Origin: Patescibacteria group bacterium
GTDB taxonomy: Bacteria; Patescibacteriota; Minisyncoccia; GCA-002772825
DNA: 64,000 bases
Assembly: GCA_024654625.1 (NCBI GenBank)
Contig: JANLHB010000016.1
Location: 137 to 64,136 of the forward strand
Direction of reading: 5' to 3'
The translations under genes were made by a program, and so were the position numbers. The notes under the pieces were generated by a model. The model worked only from the letters and a program-made list of their open reading frames with translations, did not search any database and was not told where the DNA came from. Every line of letters starts with the position of its first letter. The first letter of the stretch is position 1. Below, in pieces: positions 49,888 to 58,471 of the stretch.

Positions 49888-49978
49888 GACTATCCAAGGG
49901 GACCCCTTGGATAGGATTTGGATAGGATTGATATAAAAGATTTGAAGGTTTGGTTAATTTGGGGTAGGATGAATGTAT

Positions 49979-50146
49979 ATGAATACTTTATTTAGTTTTT
50001 TAAAGTCTAGGAAGTTTATAATTACAATTATAATTATTTTCTTTCTATTTTTTGTTGTAGGGTATGTGGCTGGAACCATGGTCTCTTATGATGAGAAATG
50101 GCCGGGGGCTGGCCCGACGTTTTTAGATGCGCTAAAGCCTTTTTAA
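49979..50146 (+). CDS. 55-aa membrane peptide resembling the N-terminus of the next gene (absent from the ORF track)
   Basis: MNTLFSFLKSRKFIITIIIIFFLFFVVGYVAGTMVSY... Confidence 0.45.
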   Translation: MNTLFSFLKSRKFIITIIIIFFLFFVVGYVAGTMVSYDEKWPGAGPTFLDALKPF

Positions 50147-50163
50147 TAATCGAATTTAAAATT

Positions 50164-50691
50164 ATGGAAAATCAAACATTATTTAAGAAAATTTTAAAAA
50201 TAATCATAATAGTTGCCATTCTTTTAGCAACTGCTGTTGTTGGTTATCTTGCCGGTGGCATTGTAAAATATGGTCTTGATATTCGTAAGGCTGATAAAAT
50301 TACAGAAAATTTTCAAAATGCCTTAGAACAGCCGTATAAAGATGATATTTATGGTGGTAAAACACCAGAGGAAACCTGGGCTATGTATATGGGCGCTTTA
50401 AAAGAGGGCGATATCGAGCTGGCGAGTAGGTATCACAGAGTGGGGGATCAGGAGAAAGAAAGACAATTTTTACAAGAAGCCAAGAAAGATGATACCTTAA
50501 AAGTGTATCTTGGAGAACTCTCTGCGCCACTCCAAAAAGATACCTCTTTGCCAGATTTTATTTTAGCGGATAAAACTCGCGCTCATTATTTTTATATGGT
50601 TAAAGAACCAGGAACAGATGATATGATAAAAAATAGAATTGAATTCTATCTCAACCCTTATACTAAAATATGGAAAATAATAAATCTATAA
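50164..50691 (+). CDS. Membrane-anchored hypothetical protein
   Basis: TM then DIYGGKTPEETWAMY..AL..GD.ELAS; start moved to ATG 50164. Confidence 0.7.
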   Translation: MENQTLFKKILKIIIIVAILLATAVVGYLAGGIVKYGLDIRKADKITENFQNALEQPYKDDIYGGKTPEETWAMYMGALKEGDIELASRYHRVGDQEKERQFLQEAKKDDTLKVYLGELSAPLQKDTSLPDFILADKTRAHYFYMVKEPGTDDMIKNRIEFYLNPYTKIWKIINL

Positions 50692-53600
50692 CAAAAATAA
50701 TCAGATCATATCTTTTAGGGTTATTTATTTTATTTGTTGTTTTTTTCATTTATTTATATTTTGTAGATCATTTTGAATTTAGATATTTTATATTGCAGTT
50801 TTTCAGTGGGAAATTTGACAGCTGGATGATACGCTCATATATTGTGGGATTGATTATGCCGGGGTTATTGGATATATTTTTTATCAAACATATTATTCAT
50901 ATTAAATTAATTTCAACTTTAATTATTTCTGTTGCCTTATTAATTATTTTTATAAGTTTAGGCTTATTGTCAGGTTTTAATGGAGGAGAGATGATATATT
51001 TTAGTGCGCCTGTTTTGTTTTGTTTTGCCCTACTCGTGTATTTTAAACACATTAAAATAATCAAGATAATTTTAACCCCGATTATTTCTATTGTCTCTTT
51101 ACTTCTTATAATTACCCTAGGTTTGTCTGCAAGTGAGACAGATATGATCGGCTTAGCGGCCGCAGTTTTATTTAATTTAATGTTACCTGTACATTTGATT
51201 TTTATTATTATATATTATTTTTTATATTATAAAGTTGATTACAGAAAAATATATAATTTAATATTTTTTAAAAAATCAATTCTAATTTTCCTCTTAATTT
51301 TTAATATTGTTGTAATCTCTTCAGTTTTTGCCTATTCGCCATACTACACTCACCCGGACTTAACAGAGGAGATTGCCAAATTTTGGAATCTAAAAAATGA
51401 TAACCAGAGTCTAGGGATATCTCAAAAAGAGATAGACTGGATGAGAAAAGGTGCTATTGATGAAGATACGCCCGCTAGATGGATAAATCACTTCTATGAT
51501 CCTGTTCATGAAAGTGGCTGGTCGGGGAAGCATTTCGGGGATCTTTCTGAAGAAGAAGGATTATGGGAAGGTGAATCAATGGCGCCGATGCCGGCTATTG
51601 CCTCTATAGATTGGGTAACTAACCAGGAATATCAATCGGCTTATGGCAGGCAATATGGCAATCAGACATGGCAGAAAGCGATTAATGCTTATGTAAAAGG
51701 GGATGAAAAAACTGCTTTTATCGCCTTGGGTCATATTCTTCACTTGGTGGAAGATGTGTCTGTCCCTGCCCATACAAGAGGTGATACGCATGCGGATATT
51801 CACGGAGATACTAAAGACCCTTATGAAATATATGCTCAAAATTATACTAATTTTAATAGCTTGGATATTGCGGAAAATTTAAAGAATGATAATTTAATAA
51901 ATTTTTCTTCTATACAAGACGCATTTGATTATTTGGCGAATTATTCTAATAATAATTTTTTTTCAAAAGATACTATCAGTAATGAAGAGTATAATGAGCC
52001 GGATTTGAAAAATTTAATTAAAAAGACAGGCTATTTATATAATGATGAAGATACTCCTCTCACGAGTTATGAAATTAAAAAAGGTAAAATTGTATATTCC
52101 CTCAACGACTCATCCCTTATTCTCCCATCATATTTCACTCATCTCGCCCCTAAAGCAGTTCTCACCGGTGCCAGCGTCCTAGACCTATTCTTCAGGGAAG
52201 TTGAAATGTATAAAGAAAATCCGGAGTTATTGCCTGAAATAATTCCTGACTCAAATGAGGCAATATCAAGTTATATCCAGAAATCCCCTCGTTTGCTTGC
52301 TGTAAATAGTATAGGTGCTTACGATAAGGCGGTTGTTGATACAAATATTTACTTGACAAAGTCGAAAGATATTATTAATAACGCTGTTTCAGGTATCAAA
52401 AACCTCTTCTCCGGCACATCGGTGGCGCAGACTTCATCTGTGTTGAGTGCCGTGGAGAATCCAGTCGATCTTCAGATGAGGAACTCGAGTGTTCTGGAAG
52501 CTGTATTAGCACCGGCGTCGGATGTTATTAACGAAGCTGTTAACACAGCTTCGGCTTCTGTAGTATCAGCGCCGATTTTCTCATCCGCTGGCAACTTAAC
52601 TTCCTTGCAAAGTCAGTTAGACAGCGCGCAAGCCATGATCAACACCCTGCAAACTCAAGCGAATAGCTTAAGTAGTAGCCCAATTGGCGCTGTCATAGCA
52701 GTATCTGCTACTCAAAATATTGCGAATAATCAAACCCCGGCAACTCAACCGACACCAATCCCCGCGCCCGGCTTCGGCGGGGGAGCACCGCCTCCAGTGG
52801 TAAAAACCATCACAACAGAAGAATCTACGAAAAATACTCAAAGTCAAACTGCGGGATATGCCAACAATAGTCAGCTAGATATATTTTTCACTGAAGATGT
52901 TGAACAAAATAATAATTCTGAAGCAGATACTGTTCCACCCGACGCACCCATCATCGCTTCGCCTTCAGATTTTTCTAAAACTTTCACAACAAGCACGATA
53001 GTCTTTCAAGGCACAGCCGAATCTTCCTCTATAATCTCGACGGATTTTGACAATGCCACTACCACAGTAGACTCAAATGGCACTTGGCAACTACCGTTAG
53101 CTTTCCCACAAGGTGCAAGTATCATCAATTTCTTCGCGACAGACACGGCAGGCAATACTTCAAGCTCGACCGAGACGTCACTCTTAGTTGACTCGGTCTC
53201 TCCTGACATCTCACTTACTGTATTAGAGTGCGAAAATTCGCTCGTCTCCACCGGTTGTCTCACTAAAAGCACAGAGTCCCATATCTCCTGGTCTTCAAGC
53301 GCTAGCGACTTGGATTACTTTACGATTAACAGTAATGGCACTTTTGCCACCACGACAGCCACTTCTACTCTTGTTTCTATGCCTGAAAACTCTCTGTTCT
53401 CGTTTAGCGTCTCGGCGCGAGATAAGGCCGGCAATAGATCCGCCACAAGCACTAGGACCATCTCAACCTTCAACTCTCCTGTGGTGATAAACGAAGTGGT
53501 TTGGGCCGGCACGGCAGACAGTCCTTCTGATGAATGGGTAGAACTTTATAACAACACAGAGTACGACATTTCGCTTGATAACTGGATACTTGAGGCAGAA

Positions 53601-55460
53601 GATGGCGCGCCATATATTCCACTCTCTGGAATTATAAAAGCAAAAGATTATTATCTGATTGAGCGAAGCGATGATGACACGATAAGTGACATAAAGGCGG
53701 ATTTACCTGCGCCATTTAGTGGAGTTGGAAACAGCTCCGGGCTCTCCAATGGCGGTGAGGTCTTAATGCTTTCTTACAAGAAAGAAGGGAGTGCAACTAC
53801 TACTGTTGATAAAACAGTATTAGAAAATAATAGAAGGGTATGGATCGGTGGATCAACTTCTAATTATCGAACAATGGAGAGAATAGATTCTCTTGTATCC
53901 GGAGAAGATGGCTCAAACTGGGGAACAAATAATCTTATAATAATAGACGGCAAAGATGCTGGCGACTTTCCCATAAAGGGAACACCGAAATCAAGAAATA
54001 GTATTTCTCATCTTATAGCCAGAGGGCAACTGTATATCACAGAAGACATAGTATTAACCAAAGAAAAAAGTCCATATCTTGTAGACAATCAATGGCAGAC
54101 CTTTAGAGATGGCGCGAGTCTTACAATCGAGCCGGGGACTGTAATCAAGTTTCATGGTTCCGCTGGTTTTAAATTCCAAAATGCAAGTATTATCGCCGAT
54201 GGCACACCGGACGACCCGATAGTCTTTACCAGTTTTTATGATGATGAGTATGGTGGCGATATCAACAATGATGCCACATCAACTTCTCCTACATCAGGTA
54301 GTTGGTATGGTGTAATGATTGAAGGCGATGATTCCGGTGAATCTGTCTTTGATAACGTAGTCTTTCGTTATGCCGGCGCTCCTTTCTACAAGCAATATTC
54401 TCCGCGCGCTAATTTAAAGATTGACAGCGCCTTTGCCCATGTTACCAATTCTATTTTTGAAGAATCATATCTCTCGGGATTATGGCTTTCAAATTCAGAT
54501 TCTGTAATTTCAGATAATATTTTCAGGAATAATAATAAAGGTCACGATTCGTCTGCGATAAATTCAGGCGTTGTGATTGGTGAAGGCAATCCTGTTTTTA
54601 AAAATAATACAGTTAAACACAATGATAGAGGTCTTTATGTAACAGGAAACGGCATTGTTATTGATTCAAATATTTTTGATTCAAATGCAAATGAGGCTGT
54701 TTATGTGTCAGGCATTGTTCCTAAGTTTACAAATAATAGCGCTTCAGGCAACAGTGTAAACGGTATTATAATTTCTACTCATATTGCTGATCGTGGATCC
54801 ACTACAACTTTAAAAGGCGATAATATTCCTTATGTGGCGAATATTAGTGATATAGATTTATTTGAAGATTCTACTCTGGTCATTGAAAGCGGCGCGGTCA
54901 TTAAATCAAAAGATATTGCCTTTAGAATAAATGGTAAGCTTATAATTGAAGGGAATGAGTCAGATGATATCATCTTTACAAGTCTTTATGATGATACGAT
55001 TTTTCCCGGCACCATTGTCGGCGGCACCACTACTCCGAAATTATCTCCTCAATGGAAGGGTATCCATATTTTAAAGGGCGGATTAATGAACGCTAAAGGA
55101 TTTACTGTTCGTTATGCGGGTGATAATTTTTATGGAAATAGTGAGTCAGGAGTCTCTATTGAAGAGGGTAGCGCTCATATATCAGAAGCACTATTTACTA
55201 ATAATTATCCATTCGGGTTGCTGTCTAAACAGTCGGAAAATTTAGTAATAGAGAATTCTGTATTTAGAGATAATAATTATAGCGGTAAGTGGGGCACGCA
55301 AGGGGCGCTTGCAATCTATAATTCTTCCACCACCTTAAATAGTCTTTTATTTGAGAATAACGCGATTGGTATTCTTGTTGACACAGCTTCAAATCTCACT
55401 GCCAGCTTAATAGAATTTATAAGCAATACCGCCAACACCAGTCCGGAAAGCTTATTTTAA
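50670..55460 (+). CDS. Giant multidomain surface protein: TM region, Zn phospholipase C/S1-P1-like domain, Ig-like domains, lamin-tail domain, right-handed beta-helix
   Basis: NHFYDP, GHILHLVEDVSVPAH, VVINEVVWAG...DEWVELYN, LTIEPGTVIKF, IVFTSFYDD. Confidence 0.78.
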   Translation: MENNKSITKIIRSYLLGLFILFVVFFIYLYFVDHFEFRYFILQFFSGKFDSWMIRSYIVGLIMPGLLDIFFIKHIIHIKLISTLIISVALLIIFISLGLLSGFNGGEMIYFSAPVLFCFALLVYFKHIKIIKIILTPIISIVSLLLIITLGLSASETDMIGLAAAVLFNLMLPVHLIFIIIYYFLYYKVDYRKIYNLIFFKKSILIFLLIFNIVVISSVFAYSPYYTHPDLTEEIAKFWNLKNDNQSLGISQKEIDWMRKGAIDEDTPARWINHFYDPVHESGWSGKHFGDLSEEEGLWEGESMAPMPAIASIDWVTNQEYQSAYGRQYGNQTWQKAINAYVKGDEKTAFIALGHILHLVEDVSVPAHTRGDTHADIHGDTKDPYEIYAQNYTNFNSLDIAENLKNDNLINFSSIQDAFDYLANYSNNNFFSKDTISNEEYNEPDLKNLIKKTGYLYNDEDTPLTSYEIKKGKIVYSLNDSSLILPSYFTHLAPKAVLTGASVLDLFFREVEMYKENPELLPEIIPDSNEAISSYIQKSPRLLAVNSIGAYDKAVVDTNIYLTKSKDIINNAVSGIKNLFSGTSVAQTSSVLSAVENPVDLQMRNSSVLEAVLAPASDVINEAVNTASASVVSAPIFSSAGNLTSLQSQLDSAQAMINTLQTQANSLSSSPIGAVIAVSATQNIANNQTPATQPTPIPAPGFGGGAPPPVVKTITTEESTKNTQSQTAGYANNSQLDIFFTEDVEQNNNSEADTVPPDAPIIASPSDFSKTFTTSTIVFQGTAESSSIISTDFDNATTTVDSNGTWQLPLAFPQGASIINFFATDTAGNTSSSTETSLLVDSVSPDISLTVLECENSLVSTGCLTKSTESHISWSSSASDLDYFTINSNGTFATTTATSTLVSMPENSLFSFSVSARDKAGNRSATSTRTISTFNSPVVINEVVWAGTADSPSDEWVELYNNTEYDISLDNWILEAEDGAPYIPLSGIIKAKDYYLIERSDDDTISDIKADLPAPFSGVGNSSGLSNGGEVLMLSYKKEGSATTTVDKTVLENNRRVWIGGSTSNYRTMERIDSLVSGEDGSNWGTNNLIIIDGKDAGDFPIKGTPKSRNSISHLIARGQLYITEDIVLTKEKSPYLVDNQWQTFRDGASLTIEPGTVIKFHGSAGFKFQNASIIADGTPDDPIVFTSFYDDEYGGDINNDATSTSPTSGSWYGVMIEGDDSGESVFDNVVFRYAGAPFYKQYSPRANLKIDSAFAHVTNSIFEESYLSGLWLSNSDSVISDNIFRNNNKGHDSSAINSGVVIGEGNPVFKNNTVKHNDRGLYVTGNGIVIDSNIFDSNANEAVYVSGIVPKFTNNSASGNSVNGIIISTHIADRGSTTTLKGDNIPYVANISDIDLFEDSTLVIESGAVIKSKDIAFRINGKLIIEGNESDDIIFTSLYDDTIFPGTIVGGTTTPKLSPQWKGIHILKGGLMNAKGFTVRYAGDNFYGNSESGVSIEEGSAHISEALFTNNYPFGLLSKQSENLVIENSVFRDNNYSGKWGTQGALAIYNSSTTLNSLLFENNAIGILVDTASNLTASLIEFISNTANTSPESLF

Positions 55461-55462
55461 GC

Positions 55463-55491
55463 CCCATATCAAGGACCGTCCTTGATATGGG
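55463..55491. repeat. Perfect palindrome CCCATATCAAGGAC-C-GTCCTTGATATGGG
   Basis: 14-bp arms, 1-nt loop, CAAGG/CCTTG core as in family A. Confidence 0.85.
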
Positions 55492-55518
55492 TAGTCGTCA
55501 GATTTGTATAATAGATTT

Positions 55519-56436
55519 ATGGGTATAAAAAGATTTATTTTTACTGTTATTTTAACGCTCGGTATTTTAGGCATCAACTTTGCTTTATTTAACGCGCCAC
55601 GCGCAGAGGCAGGGGAGACGATAAATGCCGGTTTTGTGAGTGGCTTGTGGTACTCAAGTAATAATTTTTTTGCCGGTGACAATGTGCGGATCTATTCGGC
55701 TATTCAAAATAATTCCGGTTTTGACATTGTCGGCAAGATTCAATTTTTTGATAACGAGGAAATTATTGGTGGATCAGAATTTTCGGTGATAAATGGGCGG
55801 TTGGTAGAGAAGTGGACAGATTGGAGTGTGAAGGAGGGCGACCATAATATTTATATAAAATTGGTTGATACTAAAAAGGCGATTATTGGCGGCGGATTTG
55901 AGCCTGTAACTTTAACTTTTGATTCTTCCCATACTGATAAAAGGTTCATTGATTCTGACACTGATGGTGATAAGATTGGAGACGCTGTAGATACTGATGA
56001 TGATAATGACGGCCTATCTGATGAGGAAGAGAAGTCGTTAGGGACGGACATTCTAAATAAAGATACAGATGGGGACGGAGTTTTTGATGGGGACGAAGTT
56101 TCAAGTGGCACTAATCCATTAGTTGCTTCTGGGAATAATACAGACGAAGAAGATCTACGTAGTTATGAAGGAGACACTAAAATAGGAGATATAAAAGATA
56201 TCGCCAAGTCTGTCGGACAGAAAACAGGAGAAACTATAGACAGCATAGTAGACAACCTAAAAGACAAAAAGACGTCCGTAGATGAAGCCAATAACCAAGA
56301 TAACCAAACCGGTCAGAGTAATTATTACGCGAAATTACTCTCAACCTTGATATATATCTTAGAGCACAAATGGCTTTTGGTAGCCGTATCTTTTATTCTA
56401 GCTCTGATATTAGGGAAGATGTTGAGGATAATTTAA
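55519..56436 (+). CDS. Secreted/anchored protein with Ig-like domain and DxDxDG calcium-binding (TSP3-like) repeats
   Basis: DTDGDKIGD, DDDNDGLSD.EE...GTD, DTDGDGVFDG; N- and C-terminal hydrophobic segments. Confidence 0.78.
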   Translation: MGIKRFIFTVILTLGILGINFALFNAPRAEAGETINAGFVSGLWYSSNNFFAGDNVRIYSAIQNNSGFDIVGKIQFFDNEEIIGGSEFSVINGRLVEKWTDWSVKEGDHNIYIKLVDTKKAIIGGGFEPVTLTFDSSHTDKRFIDSDTDGDKIGDAVDTDDDNDGLSDEEEKSLGTDILNKDTDGDGVFDGDEVSSGTNPLVASGNNTDEEDLRSYEGDTKIGDIKDIAKSVGQKTGETIDSIVDNLKDKKTSVDEANNQDNQTGQSNYYAKLLSTLIYILEHKWLLVAVSFILALILGKMLRII

Positions 56437-56441
56437 GAGAA

Positions 56442-56481
56442 GACTACGGACATGGACTACGGACATGCGACGTCCGTAGTC
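56442..56481. repeat. GACTACGGACATG direct repeat plus inverted GTCCGTAGTC (REP-like)
   Basis: Read directly, just after the stop at 56436. Confidence 0.8.
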
Positions 56482-56578
56482 ATGATGTATACGTTTTGAA
56501 GCGGTCGTTCTACTTTGTATACTTATCTTTTTGAAAGTTTGACAAGATTTTGTCTTTGAGTATACTGATAATCATATA

Positions 56579-56632
56579 GTCGTAGACAGTAGGCATATCC
56601 CGATAGTCGGGAAAAATAAGCCCTGCCGAGAC
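56579..56632 (+). promoter_or_regulatory. L10 leader (autoregulatory RNA)
   Basis: GTCGTAGACAGTAGG...CCTGCCGAGAC matches the remembered L10-leader pattern; upstream of rplJ-rplL. Confidence 0.75.
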
Positions 56633-56784
56633 ATTGGCCATTTTTGGCTGTTTCTTGCGACTTTTATAGGTCGTTTTTATTTTTTTAGCCACTAGTCCGC
56701 CGCGGCGGATAGCCGCTAGCGACTAGAAAATCTAACAAAAAATCGATTATTATTGGCTAAACCCTAATGGCTAAGTACTAAATT

Positions 56785-57300
56785 ATGGCAATAACAAGAC
56801 AAAAGAAAGAAGAAATATTGAAGAATATTGAAGATAAGGGTAAAAAATCCGCTTCAGCTATTTTCGTGAATTTTCACGGATTGAACGTAGCTGGAGAGAC
56901 TGAGCTTAGAAGCAATCTTAGGAATAGCGGTGTTGATTATGTGGTGGCAAAGAAGACGTTGATAAGGAAGGCGTTTGGCACTCTTAAGTTAAAAGGAGAG
57001 ATTCCAGAGCTTGACGGAGAAGTGGCAGTTGCCTTTGGAAAAGAAGATGCTGTCGCTCCAGCCAGAGAGGTGTTCGAATTTGGGAAAAAGCACAAGGATA
57101 TGATCACAATGTTGGGAGGTATGCTTGAAGGCGAGTATATAGACGCAAATAAAGCCTTGATGCTTGCCAACATACCATCGAGAGAGGTGCTTTATGGTAA
57201 GTTCGTTAATGTTATTAATTCACCGGTTCAAGGTATGGTCGTCACTTTGAATGGAGTTATGGGTAATTTTGTGAGAGTTTTAGGTCAAATTAAAAAGTAG
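56785..57300 (+). CDS. rplJ: 50S ribosomal protein L10
   Basis: FHGLNV..ETELR, VAKKTL, LANIPSRE. Confidence 0.95.
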   Translation: MAITRQKKEEILKNIEDKGKKSASAIFVNFHGLNVAGETELRSNLRNSGVDYVVAKKTLIRKAFGTLKLKGEIPELDGEVAVAFGKEDAVAPAREVFEFGKKHKDMITMLGGMLEGEYIDANKALMLANIPSREVLYGKFVNVINSPVQGMVVTLNGVMGNFVRVLGQIKK

Positions 57301-57334
57301 TTCAGAAAAATTAAAAATAATTTAAAGTAATCAC

Positions 57335-57429
57335 GAAAAATTAAAAAGCTTATTTTCTTTAAGCCTGCCTGCCGGTAGGCAGGGACGGTCATAAAGGAAA
57401 TCCTACAGAAAATAACTTTTGAATTTTTC
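57335..57429 (+). repeat. Long intergenic hairpin element containing a family C palindrome; related to 11047-11140
   Basis: GAAAAATTAAAAAGCTTATTTTCT pairs with AGAAAATAACTTTTGAATTTTTC. Confidence 0.8.
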
Positions 57430-57441
57430 TTAAAAAATATT

Positions 57442-57849
57442 ATGACAGAAGAAACAAAAAAAGATGTAGTAGTGCCTTCAAAATTCAAAGAGATTGTTGA
57501 GGCGATTGAAAAGATGAGTGTTCTTGACCTTTCAGAATTAGTAAAGATATTTGAGGAGAAGTTTGGCGTATCAGCACAGGCTACTGTGGCAGTAGCTGCG
57601 CCGACAGCAGGTGGTGACGCAGGAGCCGGAGAAGAGAAAAGCTCATTCACGGTAGAGCTTAAGAGCGCCGGAGAGCAGAAAATACAAGTTATTAAGGCAG
57701 CTAAAGAGATCTTAGGTCTTGGACTTAAGGAGGCTAAAGACTTGGTTGACGGCGCTCCGGCAGTGTTGAAAGAAGGCGTTAAGAAGGAAGAAGCTGAAGA
57801 AATAAAGAAGAAATTTGAAGAAGCTGGCGCAGTTGTAGAGCTTAAATAA
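57442..57849 (+). CDS. rplL: 50S ribosomal protein L7/L12
   Basis: [31 protein letters not shown]. Confidence 0.97.
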   Translation: MTEETKKDVVVPSKFKEIVEAIEKMSVLDLSELVKIFEEKFGVSAQATVAVAAPTAGGDAGAGEEKSSFTVELKSAGEQKIQVIKAAKEILGLGLKEAKDLVDGAPAVLKEGVKKEEAEEIKKKFEEAGAVVELK

Positions 57850-57898
57850 GCGCCTTATACTTGAAAAAACACGAGATAAGAGTTAAAATGTTCATATT

Positions 57899-58468
57899 AT
57901 GGATATCTTAGGAACGCTTTTCGGCTCTCAAAATCGTGTAAAAATCTTACGATTGTTTTTTCTTAATACTGAAGAAATAATTGATAATAAAGAAATCTCC
58001 CGTAGGAGCAAGGTCCAACCGGCCGCTCTCCGTCGGGAGATTTCTGTTTTATCTAAGATAGGTTTTTTAAAGAAGAAAAAAATCGGCAAGGCGATAGGGT
58101 GGCAGATTGACCCTATTTTTCCGTATTTGAATCTGCTTAGAAGCTTGCTTCTTAACTCCACCGCTGTAAGCGCAGAAGATTTAGCTAAGAAACTTAAAAC
58201 TGTTGGTAAGATAAAATTGATAATAATATCCGGTATTTTTATACAGAATGATGATAACAGGATTGATCTTTTGGTTGTAGGGGACTTTATAAAGAAAAAT
58301 AAGATTGAGAAGACTATAAAAGATATTGAAGCCGTTGTCGGAAAAGAGCTTAAATACGCTTTTTTTGATACGGAAGAATTTCTTTATCGTATGGGCATAT
58401 ATGATAAGTTTGTGCGGGATATTTTGGATTACACGCATGAGAAGATTTTAAATAAACTGAACATATAA
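57899..58468 (+). CDS. Winged-helix protein with nucleotidyltransferase-like C-domain
   Basis: LFGSQNRVKILRLF, SGIF....IDLLVVGD. Confidence 0.7.
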   Translation: MDILGTLFGSQNRVKILRLFFLNTEEIIDNKEISRRSKVQPAALRREISVLSKIGFLKKKKIGKAIGWQIDPIFPYLNLLRSLLLNSTAVSAEDLAKKLKTVGKIKLIIISGIFIQNDDNRIDLLVVGDFIKKNKIEKTIKDIEAVVGKELKYAFFDTEEFLYRMGIYDKFVRDILDYTHEKILNKLNI

Positions 58469-58471
58469 TAA

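Larger units (their letters stand above)
48370..49914. repeat. Cluster of six REP-like palindromes TCCAAGGGG-N-CCCCTTGGA (family A)
   Basis: Copies at 48376, 48502 (variant TCCAAGGTG-T-CACCTTGGA), 48646, 49169, 49377, 49890. Confidence 0.93.

Noticed and set aside
48370-49914. Family A repeats as a CRISPR array
   Set aside because: Spacing is irregular (about 125-520 bp), copies lie inside ORFs, and no cas genes are present
55950-56100. GAT/GAC-rich repeats as a DNA repeat element
   Set aside because: Codons vary; the pattern is explained by protein-level DxDxDG calcium-binding repeats
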